IMG/VR virus record: IMGVR_UViG_3300001200_000025
Coordinates: 1 to 37,414 of that record
Direction: 5' to 3' (one strand)
Length of the DNA: 37,414 nt
From: a virus
In this document: positions 16,742-24,839 of the stretch, in pieces
Layout of the letters: each line of letters starts with the position of its first letter
Numbering within the stretch: position 1 is the stretch's first letter
Notes under the pieces: generated by a model
What the model was told of the DNA's origin: nothing
The model's input: only the letters and a program-made list of their open reading frames with translations
Databases searched by the model: none
Position numbers and translations under genes: made by a program

Positions 16742-18642
16742 CGTTGCAAATTCCAGCTTTCGCCCATCGCATGGGTGAGATTGCAGGGGCACCGGATGGT
16801 GCCCCTTCTGATTCCAGAGAGGTGCAAATCTCATTCTCAAGCGAAAGCCCCTACATGCGGCACGATTGGGACCGCGATGAGGACTTTTGGGAAGTGCTCG
16901 GGCACGCCGATGGTGAGGTGGATTTTACCCGCCTCAATTCCGGCGCTGCCCCGCTGTTGAAAGATCACATGCCCGTGCTGGACGCCAAGATTGGCGTTGT
17001 GGTGCGGGCTTGGCTGGAGGCTGGGCGAGGCAAGGCGGTGGTACGCTTTTCCGACACCCCGGCGGCCAGCGAGGTGCTTGAGCGCGTGCGCTCGGGCGAT
17101 GTGACTTGCGTGAGCGTTGGATACGCCATCGCAGGTGCTGACCGGCAGCCCGATGAGGACGGGCATCCGGTGGTGAGGGTTACCCGGTGGGTGCCCAAGG
17201 AAATCTCATTCGTGGCAATTCCTGCCGACCCAACCGTTGGATACGGGCGGGCGGATGGCCAGACCACGGCAAAAATCACTGTTTCTGAAAAGGAGGCCCT
17301 CATGGCCAAAGACGACAAGAACACCCCCGCCAACCCTGCACCTGCAACCCCTGCCGCACCCGCCAACCCGGCACCCGAAACCCGGGGCGACAGCGGCCAA
17401 TCTATCACCGATGCCCTCACCGCCGAGCGCCGCCGCTCATCCGAGATCATCGCCATCGGCGAGAAATTCGAGATGCCCGAAACCGCCGTGCGCGCGGCTT
17501 TGGAAAAAGGCACCAGCGTCGACTCCTTCCGCGAGTCGGTGATGGATCACATTTCCAGCGATGAGGTGCAGGAAACCCGCGCAGGTGCAACGCGCATCGG
17601 CCTTTCAGAGCGCGAAACGCAAGCCTACTCCATCACCAACGCTGTGCGCTTCCTGATGAACCCGAATGACCGCACGCGCAAGGCGGCGGCCTTCGAGATC
17701 GAGGCCAGCCGTGCGGTGGGCGATGCCATCAACCGTGAGGCCGAGGGTGTTTTCATTCCCGCCGATGTGCTGATGGACCGCAACTTCACCCGCTCGCAGA
17801 ATACCGGCACGCCTTCGCAGGGTGGTGTTCTGGTGGCGCAGGACTACCGGGGCGGCTCTTTCATCGACTTGCTGCGCAACCGCATGGCGTTGAGCGGTGT
17901 GGGCGTGCGTCTGTTGCAGGGTTTGCAGGGCAACGTCGACATTCCGAAACAGACCGGCGGCGGTACCTTCTACTGGTTTGGTGAGGATGGCGAGCCGACC
18001 GATACCGAGGCCAGCTTTGGTCTGGTGAGCATGACGCCGCATTCCGCCGGTATGGCCATCCCGTTCACGCGGCGCATGGCGCAACAGGGCAGCCCCGATA
18101 TTGAGGCGCTGGTGCGTGATGATCTGCTGAAAGGTATGGCGCTCGGGCTGGACAAGACGGCACTGGTCGGCCACGCATCTGCCGATGCGCCAGATGGCGT
18201 GCGGGATCGCATCTTTGGCGCGGCCACCGATTGGGCGGGCAGCGAGGCATTCCCGAGCGAGGACGAGATGATCGACCTTGAAACCGCCGTGGCGGTGGCG
18301 AATGCCGACGTTGAAAGCATGGCCTACATCTATTCGGCGCACACCTCGGGCCACCTGAAAAAGCTGAAAGATGGCGATGGCCGCCGCCTTGAGGTAGAAA
18401 AGGCCGGTATGGTCAACGGCTACCAGCGGGTGCGCACCAATCAGGTGGACACCGGCGAGGTGTTCTTTGGCAACTGGTCTGATCTGATCATCGGTATGTG
18501 GTCTGGTCTGGATCTGCGCGTCGACACCTCCACCAAGGCGGCCAGCGATGGCAAGGTGCTGCGGGTGTTCGCCGATATCGACACCGCCCTGCGCAACGCG
18601 GAATCCTTTGCGATGGGCAAGCCCGACACCGTCCTTAGCTAA
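16738..18642 (+). CDS. Fused prohead protease (HK97/S78-type), linker and HK97-fold major capsid protein
   Basis: The N-terminal ~190 aa are protease-like (FSSESPY...LLKDHMP...GDVTCVSVGY...KEISFVAIPADP). A central Ala/Pro-rich and helical segment follows. The C-terminal ~330 aa resemble HK97 MCP (GGVLVAQDYRGGSFIDLLRN...IPKQTGGGTFYWFGE...). Confidence 0.85.
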   Translation: MTLQIPAFAHRMGEIAGAPDGAPSDSREVQISFSSESPYMRHDWDRDEDFWEVLGHADGEVDFTRLNSGAAPLLKDHMPVLDAKIGVVVRAWLEAGRGKAVVRFSDTPAASEVLERVRSGDVTCVSVGYAIAGADRQPDEDGHPVVRVTRWVPKEISFVAIPADPTVGYGRADGQTTAKITVSEKEALMAKDDKNTPANPAPATPAAPANPAPETRGDSGQSITDALTAERRRSSEIIAIGEKFEMPETAVRAALEKGTSVDSFRESVMDHISSDEVQETRAGATRIGLSERETQAYSITNAVRFLMNPNDRTRKAAAFEIEASRAVGDAINREAEGVFIPADVLMDRNFTRSQNTGTPSQGGVLVAQDYRGGSFIDLLRNRMALSGVGVRLLQGLQGNVDIPKQTGGGTFYWFGEDGEPTDTEASFGLVSMTPHSAGMAIPFTRRMAQQGSPDIEALVRDDLLKGMALGLDKTALVGHASADAPDGVRDRIFGAATDWAGSEAFPSEDEMIDLETAVAVANADVESMAYIYSAHTSGHLKKLKDGDGRRLEVEKAGMVNGYQRVRTNQVDTGEVFFGNWSDLIIGMWSGLDLRVDTSTKAASDGKVLRVFADIDTALRNAESFAMGKPDTVLS

Positions 18643-18658
18643 GGGCGGCACACCCATA

Positions 18659-18690
18659 CGGCACCCCTGATCGGGGTGCCGTTATTCTTC
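18659..18690 (+). terminator. Rho-independent terminator after the capsid gene
   Basis: A 9-bp GC stem (cggcacccc / ggggtgccg) with a 5-nt loop, followed by ttattcttc. Confidence 0.6.
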
Positions 18691-18710
18691 CCGAATACCG
18701 AAAGGGGCAC

Positions 18711-18980
18711 ATGATGCTCATTCTGACGCGCTACGCGAAAGCGTGGGCGGCGCTGGTGGTTGGCTTTCTGACCGCCTTTGCACAATTCACGCCGCTGGCC
18801 ACGGCAACATCCCCGGCCATCGTGGCCACGATTGGCGCATTCCTGACTGCCTTGGCGGTCTATCTGGTGGCCAACCGGGTCGACGGCTTCAACGTCAATG
18901 CCATCGCGCAAGCCCTCATTGATGCGGGCGAGGCTGCGGTGGGTGAATATCACGGAGGCGACAATGACGAAATCAGCTAA
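18711..18980 (+). CDS. Small membrane protein (two predicted TM helices)
   Basis: AWAALVVGFLTAFAQF and AIVATIGAFLTALAVYLVA are hydrophobic stretches. ATG follows AAAGGGG. Confidence 0.55.
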   Translation: MMLILTRYAKAWAALVVGFLTAFAQFTPLATATSPAIVATIGAFLTALAVYLVANRVDGFNVNAIAQALIDAGEAAVGEYHGGDNDEIS

Positions 18981-19191
18981 GGCCCTGCACCCCGTAAAGG
19001 CGGGCGGCAAGGTGATCAAGCCCGGCGGCGATATCGCCGAGGCAACTGTGGGGGCCACGCGCCTTGAACGGCTGGTGGCCAAGGGCCGCGCGGCCTTCCC
19101 CGGCGAGGAGGCCCCGGTCAACCGCGCCGAGACGCAAACCGGCAAGCCCCCGCTGGCGTTGGGTGACGCCAAGGGCAAAGGCGGCAAATGA
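18964..19191 (+). CDS. Hypothetical basic small protein (75 aa)
   Basis: ATG 18964 follows GGAGG. The 3' end is coupled to the next gene (ATGA). Confidence 0.5.
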   Translation: MTKSAKALHPVKAGGKVIKPGGDIAEATVGATRLERLVAKGRAAFPGEEAPVNRAETQTGKPPLALGDAKGKGGK

Positions 19192-19511
19192 TCGAGTCGG
19201 CAGATGATTGGGCGGTATTCACCAACCCCGATGATTTTGGCGAGGAGATCACCTACCAGCGACCCGGCCAAGCGGCGGTTTCCGCCAACGGCATCTTCAC
19301 CGCCGCCTATGCGCTGATCGCGCAGGGCGTGGCCAGCACCGCCCCGGTGCTCGCCATCGGCGAGGCATCGCTGCCAATCACCCCCGAGGGGGGTGATCTG
19401 ATCACCCTCACACGCAACCACGCGGATTACCCGGCAGGCACAACCCTGCGCGTGGCCGATCCGCAACCCGATGGATCAGGCTTGATCCGTCTCATTCTTG
19501 AAAGGAACTGA
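19188..19511 (+). CDS. Head-tail joining protein (lambda gpFII-like)
   Basis: 107 aa. The pattern DDFGEEITY...NGIFTA...APVLAIGEASLP...GDLITL...YPAGTTLRVADPQPDGSGLIRLIL resembles the gpFII family. Confidence 0.55.
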   Translation: MIESADDWAVFTNPDDFGEEITYQRPGQAAVSANGIFTAAYALIAQGVASTAPVLAIGEASLPITPEGGDLITLTRNHADYPAGTTLRVADPQPDGSGLIRLILERN

Positions 19512-19512
19512 T

Positions 19513-19899
19513 ATGCTCAAGGGCAAGGATGGTGTTGTCAAATTCGGCACGCCTGCGGCAGCGCTCGGCGCTGTGCAAAACTGGAACGTGGACGAACAAT
19601 CCGACACGGTTTCCGGTTGGGGTATGGGTGATGAATACGAAAACACCTTTACCACAATCAAGCGCTGGTCAGGCTCCGTTGAGGTCTATCTGGACTTCGC
19701 CGATGCCTCCGATGATATCGAAATCGGCGATGAGGTGCAGGTGGAACTTTACCCCGGCGGTGAAACAACAGGCTCGGGCTATTTCTCGGGCGCGGTGATC
19801 GTGACCGGTCTGGCGCGCGGCAGCGCCAAGGATGGCATCCCCAACCTCAACATCAACTTCCGCAACCAAGGCGCACTGGTGAAAGGTACGGCAGCATGA
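19513..19899 (+). CDS. Major tail protein (TP901-1 / GTA g9-like, small)
   Basis: 128 aa, positioned immediately before the chaperone/frameshift pair and the tape measure gene. Confidence 0.7.
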   Translation: MLKGKDGVVKFGTPAAALGAVQNWNVDEQSDTVSGWGMGDEYENTFTTIKRWSGSVEVYLDFADASDDIEIGDEVQVELYPGGETTGSGYFSGAVIVTGLARGSAKDGIPNLNINFRNQGALVKGTAA

Positions 19900-20243
19900 G
19901 CGATGCACTTTCAACCCTGACCGGGCACTATGAAAAGCTGCGCGGGCAGACTTTCGAGGTGCCCGGCGTGAGCAAGGCCGATGGCAAGCCGCTGGTCATT
20001 CACTATGACCCGCCCACCAATGCCGAGGGCCAGATGATCCGCAAGCGCGCCGGGGCCACCGATGAGGGCAAGGTGACGCTCTACACGGTCATTTATCTGG
20101 CCAAGAATGCCGATGGCAGCCGCATGTTTGACGATGATGCGGCCACGGTGCAGGCGCTGACCGAGCAAGTGCCGGGCCGCATTCTGGGCCAGATCGCCCG
20201 GGCCATCATGTCGTTCTCATCCGAGGCGGATTTGGGAAACTGA
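19896..20243 (+). CDS. Tail assembly chaperone (G-like, zero-frame product)
   Basis: 115 aa, located between the major tail and tape measure genes. It ends 1 codon after a GGGAAAC slippery heptamer. Confidence 0.7.
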   Translation: MSDALSTLTGHYEKLRGQTFEVPGVSKADGKPLVIHYDPPTNAEGQMIRKRAGATDEGKVTLYTVIYLAKNADGSRMFDDDAATVQALTEQVPGRILGQIARAIMSFSSEADLGN

Positions 20244-20392
20244 TCAAGACGAATGGCGAGGCGAATTTCATCTACCGCCTCGCCTTTCGTCTGAAAAAAT
20301 TTCCAAGCGAATTGCTGGACCGCCCGATTGAGGAACTGCGCGCGATGGCCGCATTTCTTGAGTGGGAAAACCGGCCAAAAGAGGAGCGCTAA
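19896..20392 (+). CDS. Tail assembly chaperone, -1 frameshift-extended product (GT-like)
   Basis: After slippage on G_GGA_AAC (20234-20240) the -1 frame stays open for 50 codons (GKLIKTNGEANFIYRLAFRLKKFPSELLDRPIEELRAMAAFLEWENRPKEER). It stops at 20390-20392, 3 nt before the tape measure ATG. Confidence 0.6.
20234..20284 (+). promoter_or_regulatory. Programmed -1 ribosomal frameshift signal (slippery heptamer plus downstream hairpin)
   Basis: GGGAAAC is in the X_XXY_YYZ register. A perfect 9-bp stem (ggcgaggcg / cgcctcgcc) lies at 20255-20284. Confidence 0.6.
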
Positions 20393-20395
20393 ACC

Positions 20396-22534
20396 ATGGG
20401 CATCAAAGACCTGTTTTTCAAGATCACGGCGCGTGACCAGACCGGCAATGCCTTTTCATCGGTCAATCGCCGCCTGCGCGAAACCGATGGGCTTGGTGCC
20501 ACGGTTGGCCAGCGCATTGACCGCGCTGGCCAAAAGATGGTGCGTTTCGGCGCGGCAGGCTCGCTTGCCTCGGGCGCTGTTGTGCTGGCCTTTCGTGATG
20601 TGCTCGGGCTTTACGATGAGCAAGAGCGCGCCGAGGCCAAGGTGGCGCAGGCCGTGCGTGCCACCGGCGGGGCCGCCGGGTTTACCGCCGATCAGCTATA
20701 CAATCAGGCAAGCGCCCTGCAAAAGCTGACCCGCTTTGGCGATGAGGCTATTCTGAATGGCGTCACCGCGCAGCTATTGACCTTCAAGGAGATCACCGGC
20801 GATGTATTCGAGGGCGCGCAAACTGCCGCCCTTGATCTGGCCACGGTGCTTGATGGTGACCTGCAAAGCGCCTCCATCATGCTCGGCAAGGCGCTCAATG
20901 ATCCCGTGAAAGGCTTGAGCGCGATGAGTCGCGCAGGCATCACATTCAGCGATGCGCAGGCCGAGGTGATCAAGAACCTTGCCAAAACCGGCGATATTGC
21001 CGGGGCGCAGCGGCTCATTCTTGAGGAGATCGCAAGCGCCTATGGCGGTCAGGCCAAGGCGGCCCGTGAGGCCGGTTTGGGCATTCTGGACGCATGGCGC
21101 AACACATGGGGCGATGTGAAAGAGGTGGTCGGTGGTGTGATCATCGAAATCCTGCCACCCATCATTGAGATGCTGGAAAGCGTCACGGGGTGGTTTCAAA
21201 GCCTAACCCCCGAGGGCCAGAAAACGGTTGTGATGCTCGGCCTCTTGGCCGTGGCGATTCCGCCCGTCACGGCGGCCATCGGGTTCATGGCCATCGCAGT
21301 CAATGCGCTGATGGGTCCGCTCGGCCTTGCGGTGCTCGCCATCGCTGGCCTCACCGCCGCTGCCGCGCTGCTATGGCCCGAAAAGGACCGGGTGACGCAA
21401 TCGCTTGACCTTGTGACGGCAGCGCTTGGCGATGAAATGACCCAATCGGCGAGCCTGCAACAGATCCTCACCGGTGACATTTCAATGTCAAAATCGGCGG
21501 CGCAACAAAAGCTGGCCGAGGCCAAGGCGCGCCTTGCCAATGTGCAGGCCATATATGAGGAAAAGCGCGCGCTTGACCTTGAGGCCGCTGGCCGGGTCGG
21601 TGTGGGTGCAATGTCCGTGCCCGATATCTATGTGGGCGATATTGACGCCGCCACCCGTTCAGGCCGCGCGGTTGACGCCTACGGCAACCCTACGCCGGAT
21701 GGGTCTGACTTTTTCGACCCGCGCGCGCAGGCCGATTTTGAGGGCCGGGTGACCGCCAACGGGGTGAGCGACCCGATCTTTTCGGATGAGCAAGCCGCCG
21801 ATATTGCGCAGATCACCGAAAACATCACAATGCTTGAGGCTGCGATTGAAAGCGCCGAGGGTGGCGTGGTCACCTTTGGCGATGGGCTTGCGGTGCCGAT
21901 TGAGACTGCCGAGCGGTTGAAAACGGCTATTTCCGGCACCGGCGGCTCGGGCAGCGCAACCGGTTCGGGCGGCGGTGTTACCGGTGCGCTGAAAGAGATG
22001 GATGCGGCAGCCGAGGAGGCTGGCAATTCGCCCGGTTGGGATGCCATCAAGAGCAACATGAAAGCCCTGCTTTTTGAGGGGCAATCATTGAGTGACACAT
22101 TCACCAATGTGTTTTCCACCATCGCGGATCGCGTGTTTGATCTGGCCTTTTCGCCGGTCTGGGACAAGCTGTTTGACAACCTTGAACAGTATTTTGACCT
22201 TTCCGCCGGTATCGGCGGCGGCGGTGGCGCAGGTGGCGGTGGCGGCCTCTTGGGTGGATTGCTTGGCGGTATGGGCAATTGGGTGGGCAACATCCTCGGC
22301 CTTGATACCGGCGGCGATGTGTCAATCAGCGGCAAGGCCGGGATTGACCGCAACATGACGGTCCTGCGCACATCTGACGCGGAAACGGTCAGCGTGCGCC
22401 GCCCGGGTGATGGCGGTGGCCGCGCGGTCAACGTCTATATCCAGACCCAAGACCTTGCGTCATTCAAGGGCAGTCAAGCGCAGATTGCCGGGCAGATGCG
22501 CCGGGCACTGTCTGCCGCTGATCGGGCGGCGTAA
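20396..22534 (+). CDS. Tail tape measure protein
   Basis: 712 aa, with helical repeats, a central hydrophobic block (VVMLGLLAVAIPPVTAAIGFMAIAVNALMGPLGLAVLAIAGL) and a Gly-rich tract. The position is canonical. Confidence 0.9.
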   Translation: MGIKDLFFKITARDQTGNAFSSVNRRLRETDGLGATVGQRIDRAGQKMVRFGAAGSLASGAVVLAFRDVLGLYDEQERAEAKVAQAVRATGGAAGFTADQLYNQASALQKLTRFGDEAILNGVTAQLLTFKEITGDVFEGAQTAALDLATVLDGDLQSASIMLGKALNDPVKGLSAMSRAGITFSDAQAEVIKNLAKTGDIAGAQRLILEEIASAYGGQAKAAREAGLGILDAWRNTWGDVKEVVGGVIIEILPPIIEMLESVTGWFQSLTPEGQKTVVMLGLLAVAIPPVTAAIGFMAIAVNALMGPLGLAVLAIAGLTAAAALLWPEKDRVTQSLDLVTAALGDEMTQSASLQQILTGDISMSKSAAQQKLAEAKARLANVQAIYEEKRALDLEAAGRVGVGAMSVPDIYVGDIDAATRSGRAVDAYGNPTPDGSDFFDPRAQADFEGRVTANGVSDPIFSDEQAADIAQITENITMLEAAIESAEGGVVTFGDGLAVPIETAERLKTAISGTGGSGSATGSGGGVTGALKEMDAAAEEAGNSPGWDAIKSNMKALLFEGQSLSDTFTNVFSTIADRVFDLAFSPVWDKLFDNLEQYFDLSAGIGGGGGAGGGGGLLGGLLGGMGNWVGNILGLDTGGDVSISGKAGIDRNMTVLRTSDAETVSVRRPGDGGGRAVNVYIQTQDLASFKGSQAQIAGQMRRALSAADRAA

Positions 22535-22685
22535 GAGATCAGGGCGGCCACCAGCGCCGCCCTGATGCGAAAAAGGGTTTGTAGTAGCGGGCGGGCACCT
22601 GAAACCCTGCGGCCCGGGCGAAAGCCCGGCGGCCAATACCCATTCAGATCGACAGTAACCCGCCCATTTTTTAAAGGAGTCGCGC

Positions 22686-23336
22686 ATGGCGCATCTGGAC
22701 ATAGAGTTTCCGCGCGATATCGCGCAGGGCTGCCAAGGGATGCTTGAGCGGCGCGATGAGGTTGTGCTGCTATCCAGCGGCCATGAGGAAACCAATCAGC
22801 GATGGGTTCATGCCCGCCGCTCATGGAATGCGGGGCTTGGCCTGCGCTCGGGCGATGATCTGACCAAGGTGGTTGAGATTTTCGAGGAAGTGCGGGGCCG
22901 CGCCAATTCTTTTCGGTTTCGGGATTGGCTGGATTGGCGCACCAGCGCCGGTGAAAAGGCCCCGATCACGCCCACCGATCAGCCGCTAGGCACCGGCGAT
23001 GGCGCGCAAACCGAGTTTCAACTGGTCAAGCGCTATGGCGCGGTGAACCCCTACCTGCGCCCGATTGCCTTGCCCCATGTGGGCACCCTGCGCATCGCCG
23101 TTGACGGGGCCGAGGTGGCCTCGGGGTGGAGCGTGTCGCCCACCGGCGGCACCGTCACCTTTGACAGCCCGCCCGCCGCCTCGGCCATTCTCACCGCCGG
23201 GTTCACGTTTGATGTGCCGGTGCGCTTTGCCCAATCCACCCTTTCGGTTGAGTGGGCGTATTTCAAGGAGGGCGGTGGCTCGGGCCTCGCCCCCGATATC
23301 ACCCTGATTGAAAAGCGCCTTGATGGCGGCACCTGA
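22686..23336 (+). CDS. Distal tail protein, RcGTA g12-like (DUF2460/TIGR02217)
   Basis: FPRDIAQG...SGHEETNQRW...RRSWNAG...FEEVRGRANSFRFRDWLD is the remembered DUF2460 signature. AAGGAG lies upstream. Confidence 0.85.
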   Translation: MAHLDIEFPRDIAQGCQGMLERRDEVVLLSSGHEETNQRWVHARRSWNAGLGLRSGDDLTKVVEIFEEVRGRANSFRFRDWLDWRTSAGEKAPITPTDQPLGTGDGAQTEFQLVKRYGAVNPYLRPIALPHVGTLRIAVDGAEVASGWSVSPTGGTVTFDSPPAASAILTAGFTFDVPVRFAQSTLSVEWAYFKEGGGSGLAPDITLIEKRLDGGT

Positions 23337-23347
23337 AAGGCACCTGC

Positions 23348-24223
23348 ATGACAGCTTACAATGATGCACTGGAAACCGGCAGCACGATGCTTTGCCGTTG
23401 CTTTCGCCTGACCCGCGCCGATGGCACGCTGATGGGCTTTACCGATCACGATGAGGACGTTGAATTTGACGGCCTCACCCATCTGGCCGGGGCAGCCCTG
23501 ACCGCGACCGAGGCATCCACCAAACTCGGCCTCGCCCCCGATGAGATGGAGGCCAGCGGTGCCCTGTCTGATGATGCGATTACCGAGGCCGATGTTGCCG
23601 CCGGGGTCTATGACGGTGCTGCGGTTGAGGTGTGGGATGTGAATTGGGCCGATACGGCGGTGCGCAAGCTGTTGGGCCGCTACACCATCGGCGAGGTTGA
23701 ACGTGGCGGCTTGGGTTTTCGGGCCGAGTTGCGCTCCCTTGCCGCCTCAATTGACCGGGCCGAGGGGCGCGTCCACACCACCCTTTGTGATGCCCGCCGC
23801 CTCGGCGATGGCCGGTGCCGCGTCGACCTGACCAACTGGCAAGGTCTGGGCACCGTTGTGCGCAGCAACCGCCTTGAGGTGGTGGTGAGCGGCCTTGACG
23901 GCTTTGAAACCGGTTACTTTGATCGCGGTATCATCGAATGGACCGGCGGCCCCAATCAGGGTGGCAGCGTCGACGTGCGGGTTTCATCGCGGTCAGGCAC
24001 CGAAACCACCCTTTCGCTTTGGCGCAACCCCGCCCGTGAGATTGAGGTGGGTGATACACTGACAGTGACGGCGGGCTGCAACCGCACGGCGGCCACCTGC
24101 CGCGCGCGGTTTGACAACCTGATCAACTTTCGCGGCTTTCCCCACATGCCGGGCGATGCGTTTCTGACCGAGCGCGGCACCGAGGGTGACCCCGATCAGA
24201 CCGGAGGCAGCCGCTTTGCGTGA
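23348..24223 (+). CDS. Tail hub protein, RcGTA g13-like (DUF2163 / BR0599 family)
   Basis: LCRCFRLTRADGTLMGFTDHDEDVEFDGLTH and the C-terminal NLINFRGFPHMPG are typical of TIGR02218 proteins. Confidence 0.85.
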   Translation: MTAYNDALETGSTMLCRCFRLTRADGTLMGFTDHDEDVEFDGLTHLAGAALTATEASTKLGLAPDEMEASGALSDDAITEADVAAGVYDGAAVEVWDVNWADTAVRKLLGRYTIGEVERGGLGFRAELRSLAASIDRAEGRVHTTLCDARRLGDGRCRVDLTNWQGLGTVVRSNRLEVVVSGLDGFETGYFDRGIIEWTGGPNQGGSVDVRVSSRSGTETTLSLWRNPAREIEVGDTLTVTAGCNRTAATCRARFDNLINFRGFPHMPGDAFLTERGTEGDPDQTGGSRFA

Positions 24224-24833
24224 AACCGTCAACCCTGCGCTGATCTTGGCCCATGCCCGGGCATGGATTGGCACCCCATTTGTGCCGCGCGGTGATCTGC
24301 GCGGCGCTGGTGCCGATTGCATCGGCCTCATCCGTGGCCTGAATGCTGAACTGACCGGCGCGCGCGTGGCGGCACCGCCATGGCGCAGCGATTGGGCCAC
24401 GGCGGGTGGCGAGCCGATCTTGGGTGGCCTTGCCGCCCATGTGGTGCCGGTGCCCATGACGGCGGCAGGCCCCGGCGATATCGTGACATACCGGGTGGGC
24501 AAAACCCGCGCGGCCCATGTGGCCATCCTGACCCCCGGCGGCATCATTCACGCATGGGAAACCGGCGGCGTGAAGGAAACGCAGGGGCTTTACGGGCGCG
24601 AGATCACAAGTGCCTGGACTCTGCCCGCCGCGCCGGATTGCGCCCGAGGCCCTGACACCCTCACCGCTGATGATTGCATTGCCATCATCTTTTCAGATGC
24701 CACCGGGCATCTGGCGGCCATCAATCACATGCTGACCGGCACCATGCTGGCCACAACCCCGCTTTACCCCTCACGCGCTGCCGCCTTGGCGGCGCTTGAG
24801 CCGATTTACAATCACATTGAAACCGTAGGGTGA
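24186..24833 (+). CDS. NlpC/P60 cell-wall peptidase, RcGTA g14-like, with C-terminal extension
   Basis: WIGTPFVPRGDLRGAGADCIGLI contains the catalytic Cys motif, and HVAIL...IIHA the His. The start is uncertain: GTG 24186 or TTG 24216, which is 8 nt after GGAGG. Confidence 0.8.
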   Translation: MTPIRPEAAALRETVNPALILAHARAWIGTPFVPRGDLRGAGADCIGLIRGLNAELTGARVAAPPWRSDWATAGGEPILGGLAAHVVPVPMTAAGPGDIVTYRVGKTRAAHVAILTPGGIIHAWETGGVKETQGLYGREITSAWTLPAAPDCARGPDTLTADDCIAIIFSDATGHLAAINHMLTGTMLATTPLYPSRAAALAALEPIYNHIETVG

Positions 24834-24839
24834 CCCATC

